31,125 nucleotides of DNA from Fonticula alba ATCC 38817 (lineage: Eukaryota > Protista > Nucleariida). Positions 21,975 through 31,125 of this stretch are shown piece after piece. The notes under the pieces are model-generated. The model was not told where the DNA came from. It saw only the letters and a list, made by a program, of their open reading frames with translations, and did no database searches. The DNA lies in assembly GCA_000388065.2 (NCBI GenBank), contig KB932206.1. The stretch is one strand, 5' to 3'. Each line of letters opens with the position of its first letter. The first letter of the stretch is position 1. The translations under genes were made by a program, and so were the position numbers.

Positions 21975-22712
21975 TGTATGCTGGTCCCGGGCAGAGGTGC
22001 CCTCGGGCCGCGGCCCCGGCATCAAATCAGAGCAGATCGGGCCGGGAGAAAGTCGCCCCCCCCCCCCCCCCCCGGGCCGCGGCGAGCCAGTCCCTTTTGT
22101 CCAAGCCCACCAGCAGGGCAGGCGGAAGGGGGGCGGGGGAAAGGGGCAATCACATGACCGAACCGTTACTCGATCAAATTCAAATGCTCCCGATCCTCGG
22201 CGCGGTGCCGGGCCGAGTTCGGCCACGGTGGCCCGCGGCCGGGACGCATGCTTGGCTGCCCTGCGCATGTTCCCGGTCATACGCGAGGTTTGCCGATGCA
22301 CGTACATGCGTGCGTGTCGTGTGTGTCTCTTCTGTGTGTGGGTGTACGCGCGCTTGCCTGTGACCACCAAAGGCCGGGAGGCTGAGGGCCAAGTGTCCCC
22401 AACACAAGGTGTGGTCCCGGCAGCGAGGGCAGTGTCGGGCCGGTCTTTTCGCCCCCTGCCGGGCCGCGACCGGTTTAAGGGGAATTCTGCCGACTCGTCG
22501 CTGGGGGACCCAGCGCTCGGCATCTCCCCCTCTCCCTGCCGCCCTTCCTCCTCTCCGCCCCCGCCTCCCTCTCCCTTTCCCTGGACCTGGACTTTCCAAG
22601 AAGCGGTCCTTCCCCTCTGCTTGTTGCGTTTCCCCCTCCCCTCCCCCGGTAATAGCCAGCCTGGTGTTGTCCCTCCTCCCCGACGCCACGGACCCCCCTT
22701 CACAAGAGCAAC

Positions 22713-25050
22713 ATGTCCGGCTTCGACAGGGGCCGCATCTTCACCGCCCAGATGTCGGGCGGCACTGTCGCCAGCGAGGATGGCGGCGCCAGCGAGGGCA
22801 TGCACCAGCAGAAGCAGCAATCGCAGAAGTCCTTCCTGGAGCGTCAGTTCCAGAGCTTCATCCGCGACTTCCAGCTGGACAACGAATTCATCTACCGGTA
22901 TGTGAGGCGCCCGCTTTCCTGCGCGTACACACACATGTACCTCGCTCATGCACCGACTCACCCTCGCACTTCGCTCTTCTGTGGCACCCCCCTCCCCCCC
23001 CAGTGAGCAGCTTGTGCAGAACTACAACACCCACCAGTACTTCCTGGAGGTGGACCTGGCCCATCTGACGGCTTTCGATGAGCTGCTCGTGCAGCAAATC
23101 AACCGCAACCCCTCGGAGATTTTGCCCCACGTGCGCCCCCTTCGCTTTCGCTTCCCCTCGACTGTCCCTCGCTCGCTGTATACATATATATATATATCAC
23201 TCTCTTGCCCCCCTCGCTCCGGCAGCGACTCGCAAATGGAGCAACCTTCCTCTGACTCATGGCACACCTAGTTTGAGGATGCGGTTCGCTCGTATGCGGC
23301 CCACCTCCATGCCGAGGAGCAGCTCCTGGCCCCGGAGTCCGAAGAGGCCGACGGGTCTCAGCTCCGGATGGACACGGTCCCGGAGTTCCAGATCCTGCTG
23401 TCCTCTCCGGCCAATGCGGTGCCCATCCGTGATCTGACCGTGCGCCGGTACTTTTGTGGCTCGTCGTTTGCTGCTCCGGGTCACTGATTCGCCATGGTTT
23501 CCCTTTGTTCCCCTTTCCCCCTCTTTCCCTGGTCCTGCCGGCACCTGGTTCCGCTCTGTCGCGCCCTCCCCAGTCGGACCACATTTCGCGCCTGATCCGC
23601 GTGCCCGGCATCATCATCAGCGCGTCGACCGTCAGTGCCAAGGCCACGCGCCTGCACATTGTCTGCCGGAGTTGCGGCCACAACATGAAGCTGCGCCTGC
23701 GGGCTGGTATTTCCGGTGCGGCGCTGCCACGCTCCTGCCAGCGGGCGCAGGTGGACATGCATCAGAGCACCACCACCGAGGCCACCCGGTGCCCAATCGA
23801 TCCGTACCTGATCATGCCCGACCGGTGCTCCTTCATCGACCAGCAGGTGCGCCATCTCCCGGTGGTCACAGCCCGTCTTTCTGTCTCTCTTCATGCCTGC
23901 TGACATGCTTCTTCTATGGTCCCTCTGTCTGTCTTTCCTCTCCCTCTCTTCCTCTCTTCCTCTCTTCCTCTCTTCCTCTCTTCCTCTCTCCCTCTCTCCC
24001 CCCTCCTCCCCCCTCCGCCTCCCTTCCCCTCCTCCCCCCNNNNNNNNNNNNNNNNNNNNNNNNNNNNNNNNNNNNNNNNCCCCCCCCCCCCGGTTCCAAT
24101 CACGTCCCCCCTCTCCGGCTCACAGACGGTCAAGCTCCAGGAGGCCCCGGAGCAAGTCCCCGTCGGTGAGCTGCCGCGCAACATGCTGGCCACGCTGGAC
24201 CGGTACTTGGCCAATAGCACGCGCTCGGTCCCCGGCACGCGCGTGACCATTGTCGGTGTCTATTCCATCTTCCAGGGCCGGGCGAGCCGCGGGTCGAGCG
24301 GCGGCGGCGCCGCCGTGCGCAGCGCCTACATCCGTGCCATCGGCATCGAGGTGGATGGGGACAGCTCGGGTCGTGCGCCCAAGCGCTCTTTCACCGAGGC
24401 CGAGGAGGCGGCCATGCTGCGTCTGGCCCGGCAGCCGGACATCTACGAGAAGTTTGCCCGGTCGGTGGCCCCATCGATCTACGGGTATGATGACATCAAG
24501 CGGGCGGCCACGTGCCTGCTGTTCGGCGGGTCGCGCAAGCAATTGGCCGATGGCATGCGCCTGCGTGGCGATGTCAATGTCCTGCTCCTGGGTGACCCGG
24601 GCACGGCCAAGTCCCAGCTGCTGAAGTTCATCGAGCGGGTGGCCCCCATCGGCGTGTACACCAGCGGCAAGGGGTCCAGTGCGGCGGGCTTGACGGCGTC
24701 CGTCGTGCGGGATGCCGCTTCGCGGGAGTTCTACCTCGAGGGCGGGGCCATGGTTCTGGCTGATGGTGGTGTGGTGTGCATCGATGAGTTTGACAAGATG
24801 CGCGAGGAGGACCGCGTGGCCATCCACGAGGCCATGGAGCAGCAAACCATCTCCATTGCCAAGGCCGGCATCACCACCGTGCTCAACTCCCGGACGTCGG
24901 TCATGGCTGCGGCCAACCCGGTGTTCGGCCGGTATGATGACATGAAGTCCCCCGGCGAGGTGTGTGGCCTGTGAGCCAGCCCTTTTCCCATATCCCTTTT
25001 TGCCTTCTCTTCCTCCGCCCCTCCCCTCCCGAGGACTTCTGCGCTCGGGT

Positions 25051-25087
<37 letters not shown>

Positions 25088-26237
25088 GACACGCCTGCCC
25101 TCTTCTTGGACCTGCCTCTCCCCTTCCCGGTGTATGTGCGCACGCGCGCATGCACGCACACACGCGCGGACTTGACCACCTCACAGAACGTGGACTTCCA
25201 GTCGACCATTCTCTCGCGTTTCGATCTGATCTTCATCGTCAAGGACGAGCACAGCCACGACAAGGACATGAGCCTGGCTCGCCATGTGATTCGAGTGCAC
25301 TCCGGCGGCAGCAGCGCCAGTCTCTCGGCCTCCGAGCAGGCGGCCGGCGAGTTGGACATGTCCACCATGAAGACCTTCATCTCTTATGTTCGGTCGTGCG
25401 TAGGCCTCGCCCTCTCTCCCGCCCTCTCTCTCTCCCCTCTCCCTCGCCTGCTTCCCCCTCCTTCTTCCACAGGGCCCCCCCCCCCCCACTTGCTCCGCCT
25501 CGACGCGCCCCCATGCGCCGCTGACCGCTGACGCTCATGCCGCCCTTCCTGCCATGCTCCTGCCTGTGGCCACAGGCGCTGTGCCCCCCGCCTCTCGCCG
25601 GAGGCGGCTGACAAGCTGGCCAACCACTTTGTGTCCATTCGCTCGGCGGTCCGCGCGCACGAGGCCGACTCGCACACTCGCTCCACCATTCCGATCACCA
25701 TTCGCCAGCTGGAGGCCATCATCCGCATTTCGGAGAGCCTGGCCAAGATCCGCCTGGCTCCGTTTGCCGGGCCGGAGCATGTCGAGGAGGCGCTCCGCCT
25801 CTTCCAGGTGTCCACCCTGAGTGCGGTCCAAAGTGGCCAGATGAGTGCGTCATGCGCCTGCCTCTTTCTTTGCCACAGGGGCCAGGAGGATGGGCATCCG
25901 CTCGCCACCTCGCCCGCGCTTCTAGCAGCCCACTGACCCGCCCGCCCCCCCTCCCCCCGCCCCCCCCCCCCCCTTCCTTCTCCCTCGGCCTGCCCGTGTG
26001 TCCGCAGTTGACGGCGTCATGCGGGACAATGTCCTGGAGGAGGTCGAGCGCGTGGAGCGGGAGATCCGCCGCCGGGTGCCGGTCGGCTCGCGCATCCCCT
26101 CGCAGCTTCTGAGCAACGACCTGATCGGCCGGCGGAACTTCTCCAAGACCGCCGTCGAGAAGGCCCTGCAGGTGATGCTCCGCCGGCAGGAGCTTCGCCA
26201 CATCAACCAGCGCCGCGTGGTGGAGCGGATGTTCTGA
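22713..26237 (+). CDS. MCM5: DNA replication licensing factor MCM5. Exons 22713-22897, 23004-23130, 23272-23439, 23574-23846, 24126-24959, 25187-25395, 25576-25844, 26008-26237 (764 aa).
   Basis: MSGFD start; zinc finger CRSC..C..CP.DPY; [22 protein letters not shown]; Walker [10 protein letters not shown]; Walker B IDEFDKM; Arg finger SRFD; [11 protein letters not shown]; C-terminal winged-helix-like segment. All introns keep frame. Confidence 0.98.
23943..23982. repeat. (CCTCTCTT)5 in MCM5 intron 4
   Basis: Read directly from the sequence. Confidence 0.9.
24040..24079. other. Assembly gap (40 N) within MCM5 intron 4
   Basis: Run of n flanked by C-runs. Confidence 0.99.
25052..25084. repeat. 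(TGC)11 in MCM5 intron 5
   Basis: Read directly from the sequence. Confidence 0.9.
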
Positions 26238-26642
26238 GGGCCATTTGCTTGTCGGCTGTGTTCGCCCGCCCCCCTGCGGCCTCGGTGGCCTCCTGGCCTC
26301 GTTCCCCTCGGCTCCCTCTCTCCCGGTGTCCCGTCCTTGTGTTTATGCTCGGCTCTTTTTGCCAGTCCCATCTCCCCCCTCCCTCGCTCCGGCGCCTTCA
26401 TTCAGACATACACACATGTCTTCATGCGTGCATGAATATATCTGCCCTCTTCAACCTCGGATGTGTGTGTGTGTGTGTGGGTGTGTGTGTGTGTTGCCTT
26501 TTCCTTTTTCTTGCCACGACCGCATGACCCATCCGCGCGCGTGCGCGATTGTATTGCCAGGGTGCGCCAGCACCAAATGGAAAAAGAGAGAGAGAGGAAG
26601 AGGGAGGGGATGGGACAGGGGCAGGACTGGGGGAGGCGGGGC

Positions 26643-28177
26643 TCAGACAAAGAGGAAGATGAAGACCACCGCCACAATGGTCAACAGGCCGATGAGCTTC
26701 AGCGCCAGGGACTGCCCGCTCGACAGGTACTTCAGGTACTTGACCAGCTCTCGCTGGCCGGCGGACACGTTGTGCTCGGCCTCATCGACATAGGTGTCGA
26801 TGCGCTCGACCTGCTCGGCCTGCTGGGAGATCAGCCGGGTGAGCTGCTCGAAAACCCCGCCCAACTGGGCCAGTGTCGCCTCGATGGCGCGAATTTCGCT
26901 GTTCTGCTCATTCATGTAGGTGGCCGACATGTCGTGCATCGGGTTCTGGTGGTGCTGCATCAGGAGAGCCCCTTCGCCGGGATCCCCGGCGTAGAGCGGC
27001 TGGACGGCCGGGTTGCCGCCGGCATACAGCGCATCCTCCTGGGACGTGGGCCGGATCTGGATCGCCGTGGCCCCGCCGTTGCTGGACATCATCGGAGGTG
27101 ACCCGCGGAAGCGGGCTGCAAATGGATGGGCACGCGCGCGCGCGCGCGCGGCCGCCAGAGAGGGAGAGAAGGACCAGGCAGAGGGCAGCCCCAGGACATG
27201 GGTTAGCAGGGGGCAGGGCAATTAACACGGGCCGCCGGTGGGGGGGGGGGGGGGAAGGCACGCACCCGATGCCTCGGCGTCGGGCGGAGCATAGCGCGGT
27301 GCCGGCGGCTGGAAAGGCATCGATGGGGGGGTCCCGGCGAATTCGTCGCGCCGGGTTTTCTGGGTTCGGACGTTCTTTTTTTTTTCCCCCCCCCGAGGAA
27401 GGGAACAGATGGGCGGAGCCAAAAGCATGTCAGGGAGTGGTTGCAGCCCGAGGGCAAGACCGGAGCCGGTGCAGAGCGAGGGCAAGACCCCCCCCTCCCC
27501 CTCCCATGCGGGCGGCCAAGGACGCACAGTGGTCCGCTGCTCGAGGATATTCTTGAAGTCGGTGGAGCTCGAGGCAAGCTGATTCTGAAGGAAGAGGATG
27601 ACCTGGTTGGCGTGCTCGCGCATGTGCGCCAGATTGGACACCGCCGGCGCGGACTCCGACCGGCCGAAGTCCCGGTTGTTCAGGGCCCGCTGCAGGTAGG
27701 GGATGTTGATGTTCAGCCGGGAGATCTCCTGGCGGATGGCATCGGCCAGGCTCTGGAACTCGTTGGTCGAGTCGTCGAAGACCGAGTACTTTTGAGAAAC
27801 TGCACTCGGCACACGGGGCGGGCCCAGGAGGGGACGGGGTTAGATCCCACGGGGGAGCAACCGGAGGGAGTGCGCGCGCGCGCGCGCGCGCAAACGGCAG
27901 AGTCATCCCGCCACACCGGGTGCGCACCTTGGGCCAGCAGCTTCAGGCGATCGCTGAGTCTGGCCAAGTCGCGACTCAGCTCGCTGGCCATCTGCAAGAA
28001 AGCCGACCGGGCCGGGGCCGGTTGGGCGGCGGCTTTCCGCGCGGCGGCCGCCTGCCGCACAGGATCTCGCTGGAGAGCGCTGTTGACCGCGAAGCGGAAC
28101 TCAGCCGTCCGATCCCGCGGGCCGAGCCCGGCACCCGGCCCGGGCGCCTGACTGGGAAGGATCGCCGCGAAAGACAT
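26643..28177 (-). CDS. STX5: Syntaxin-5/Sed5, the cis-Golgi Qa-SNARE. Exons 28177-27928, 27799-27528, 27374-27266, 27115-26643 (367 aa).
   Basis: N-terminal RDRTAEF (Sly1-binding type motif); Habc-like segment with SVFDD..EF..L...I+QEI and ILEQRT; SNARE motif IEATLAQLGGVFEQL..LISQQAEQVERID; C-terminal TM anchor LIGLLTIVAVVFIFLFV. Confidence 0.95.
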
Positions 28178-29090
28178 CCTACGGCGGTGGCGTGCGGAGA
28201 GGCAAGAGAGAAAGGAAGCTTGGGGAGGGAGGGGGGGGGGGAGGGCGGGAGGAGAGGGGGAAGGGAGCGAGGGACTGGGGAGAAATCTACACTGTGACCG
28301 GGGGCGGGGGAGGCTCCCAGGACGGGGGGAGGGCCAGGCAGGCGGGGCACGTGCGGCTGGCCAAGGCGGGGAGGCCTGGACGAGGGGTGGGCAGCCGGGC
28401 GGGCGGGTGGGCGGGCGGGAGGAGGTGGAGCGGAGAGGGGGAGAGATGGCTGCCGCGCGGCCCGAGCCGGGTCGCGGGGGCCCGGCGGCGCGCCCCTTTT
28501 CTCTCCCCTCCGGATGGGGCCCCAGCCAGCCCTGGAGAAGGCCCCTCTTCCCGACCGCCCCCTCGTCGCCGGAGGCTGTCGATTAATCCGGCGGCCTGCC
28601 ATCGCTGGCGGAATCCTGTGCCGCGCGCCCCGGCGAAAATCTGGGGGAAAATAAAGCCAGATAATAACACCCCCTCCCCCCGCACATGGGGATCTCTGTC
28701 GGCCTCGCTCGGTCCGGGCGGGAATTCTCGCGCCGGGCCCGTTCCGCCGCCACCCCGGCGCGGCCGCCCGGGCTTCTTCTTTTTCCTTTCCATTGCCCCC
28801 CCCCCCCCCCCCAGCGCCCCTCCTGCCCTCGTCGCCTGCTGGCCCCAGGGGGCGAGGGCGTGGATTGGGCCGTGCCGGCGGGAGGAACACCCCGAATGCG
28901 TTGGCATTCGGCGGCAAGCCGTCACAAAGCCGCGCACACGTGATGGGGACGACGGGCCCGATCGGGCCCCACCCCTTGGCGGCGGGGGGGGGGGCGCGAG
29001 AAAACGAGAGGAGGACGGGACGGCGGCCGTGCTCTGGGCGGCGTACGGAGGTGCACAGACACCCGTGGCCACCTTGTGACGGGCTCCGTG

Positions 29091-29096
29091 TTTATT
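29091..29096 (-). terminator. Possible AATAAA polyadenylation signal for the Acl4-like gene
   Basis: tttatt on + in a locally AT-rich patch about 400 nt downstream of the stop at 29495. Confidence 0.3.
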
Positions 29097-29494
29097 CGAA
29101 TACTATACAGCTGGGCAGTAGGGGAGGGTGTCTGTGTGTGTGTGTGTGTGTTTGTGGCTGCGGCGGCGCCGCGATCGCAGCCGACCCAGTCGCGCCAGGA
29201 GAAAAAGGCGAGGCGAGGAGGTGGAGCGGGGAGATCAAGGACAGTGTTGTGGAGGGGGGGGGGGCGCCGCAAGTGGGCAGGTGGGCGGGCGGCGTCATGG
29301 CAGCGCGAGCATCGAGGCACGATCTCTGTCGGCCCGGGGGGGGGGAGGGTGCCCCCACCGGGGCTGGCCACGAGACAAATTGACCTCCCGGCCGGCGAGC
29401 AGATGGGGGGAGGGCGCCCCGGGGGAGGAGAGAGCGACAGACGGAGGGCGGGGGGCACACCAGGCAGTTGTGCGCGTGTGCCGACGCGTGGCGC

Positions 29495-31087
29495 TTACTC
29501 CTCCATCTCGTTGTCGGAGTCGCCGTCCTCGGCGCCAGCGTCGGCCACGGTGACACCCTTGCTCTGGAGCTCGGCCACAAGCTCGGTGGCGTGCTCCAGC
29601 AGCTCCTCCTCATCGGAGCCCAGGGTCTTGTAGAGCTGTGTGTGCGGTGTGTGCGGTGTGTGTGCGGTGTGTGCGGTGTGTGTGTATAGGATGAGGGTCC
29701 AGGTCGGCAGTCAGTGTGCATGTTTGTGCCGGGCCAACGCCAGAGGGAGTAGGCCCCCGGATGCCGGGAGGGGGAAGGAGGCCCACACGCACCGTCAGGG
29801 CCTGGGTCAGGAACTCCAGCGCATGGGGCAGGTCCCCAAGCAGGTAGGCCGCCCAGCCGGCCAGGTACCAGACACCGATGACCTCGTCATCCTCGCTGAT
29901 CAGCTGCTCGGCGATGTCCAGGCCCACCTCATGGCGACCGAGCTCCAGCAGCAGCTTGACCGCCTGCATGCGGAGCTCGAAGGCCGGCAGGTCGGCATGG
30001 TGCGCCGAGTCCACCTCCAGGGCGCCGCCGTCGGGATCGTCGGCCCCCTCGTCCGAGGCATTGTTGGCCTCCTGGTTGATGGTCGGCACATACCACAGCG
30101 ACAGGCACTGGTCCAGAGCGGCCCCGGCGCCCGAGGGGTCCTCCTGGGAAATGCGCAGGCTGCACTGCATCAGGAAGGCCTCCGGGTTGGTGGGGTCCGC
30201 CTGGATGGCCTGCTCCACGAGGGTCACACACTGCTGCTCGGCGTCGTCATCATCGCAGCAGTCCGTCAGGTAGATCTCGGCCATGGTGCAGAAGGCCGAC
30301 GAAAGCTGCCTGATGAGGCCGGGCTGAGGGGGGAGGGGGGGGCATGTGTCAGCACACGGGCGAGGCCCGCAGCAGAGCGGGGAAAGGGGATCCTCCCCCC
30401 ACGGCAGGGAGACATTTCACCTGCCCGGTCCTCTGCACGAACGGGGGGGGCCGGGGGGTCGGGGCCGGGGAACGTACATGGTACTCGGCCGGGGCAATCT
30501 GAAGGTCGCTCTGGAGGACCTCCACACCGCGGCGGAAGAAGCCAAGGGCCTCGTGGCCGGCGTGCAGCTGGCCCAGGGTGAGGAACTTGTCGTGCCCGGT
30601 GGTCGGCGAGATGTCGACACACTTCTTGAGGACCTGTTGGGGATTTGCGTTGACAGGTGCGTGTGCGTGTGCGTGTGCGTGCGTGTGTGTGTGCGTGTGT
30701 GTGAATGAGGGCATGGGCCCGAGGGGCTGGCGAGGGTTTCCCCGGGCGTGCGAAGGAGGTGCACAAGCGTGGCGCAAGGGCAGGAGACACACGGAGAGAG
30801 AGAGGGCGAGGAGGGGCGCGGGGGGACAGCAAAAGGAGGCTCCGCACCTGGAAGGCCTGGTCCACCTCGCCCAGCTCCAGCAGCGCGGCCGCCTGGAGCT
30901 CCAGCGCATGGATGTTATCCGGCTCCTTGGAGATGGCGGCCGAAACGTAGCGCAGGGCCGAGGAGAAGTCAAAGCGGTCGAGGTAGATCTGCGTGCGCTC
31001 GAGGAGCTTCTCCACCGGCAGATCACTCATCCGGGTGGAGGTGGTCTTGAGGGCCATGCGCTTCCGAAGGCCAGGGCTCTTGGTCAT
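29495..31087 (-). CDS. ACL4: TPR protein, Acl4-like (assembly chaperone of ribosomal protein uL4). Exons 31087-30848, 30633-30478, 30323-29793, 29635-29495 (355 aa).
   Basis: TPR-like helices, with GHDKFLTLGQL, SSAFCTMAEIYLTDCC....AEQQC, DPTNPEA......SLRISQ, LP.FELR...VKLLLE and EDDEVIGVWYLAGW, which I recall as the Acl4 family pattern. Acidic tail; introns keep frame. The start could be M1, M11 or M20. Confidence 0.82.
29637..29686. repeat. (GTGTGCG)-type compound repeat at the 3' end of Acl4-like intron 3
   Basis: Read directly; on the - strand it is cacacaccg repeats ending in cacacag. Confidence 0.85.
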
Positions 31088-31125
31088 GTTGGGGGCGCGA
31101 TCAGAGGGGGGAGGGGGGAAAGGGA

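Noticed and set aside
71-31087. Functional gene cluster (translation: DUS1, mS34-like, RACK1, ACL4; genome maintenance: RAD17, Ies2-like, MCM5)
   Set aside because: These are large housekeeping categories with mixed orientations and unrelated genes interspersed, consistent with chance in a compact genome.
1-31125. Numerous long ORFs in the six-frame track (for example 4853-6016, 4926-6446, 5413-7443, 7852-9045, 18605-20059, 21817-22905)
   Set aside because: They are antisense shadows of real genes, intron read-throughs, or Pro/Gly/Arg/Ala-rich frames expected from stop-poor GC-rich and microsatellite DNA. None has a recognisable domain.

Overview
This is a GC-rich, intron-rich, microsatellite-dense eukaryotic window with four assembly gaps. 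I could build in-frame GT-AG spliced models for ten housekeeping genes: DUS1 (+), an mS34-like mitoribosomal protein (-), RACK1 (+), HMG-CoA lyase (-), Rad17/Rad24 (+), peroxisomal catalase (+), an Ies2/INO80B-like protein (-), MCM5 (+), syntaxin-5 (-) and an Acl4-like TPR protein (-). Nearly all other ORFs in the track are antisense shadows, intron read-throughs or low-complexity frames. The gene set and style suggest a unicellular opisthokont, possibly Fonticula-like; this is an unverified impression. I found no mobile element, CRISPR array, tRNA, rRNA or multi-gene novel system. The most interesting unexplained signals are: (i) an unusual splice code, with 25 of 36 modelled donors starting GTGCG (C at +4) and several acceptors preceded by CA-rich repeats or an A-tract instead of a pyrimidine tract; (ii) three intergenic candidate structured RNAs, the best at 4196-4403 with paired ends and a T5 tail; (iii) a two-AUG DUS1 that may be dual-targeted; (iv) a Rad17 with altered Walker A/B motifs. 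All folds were paired by eye.
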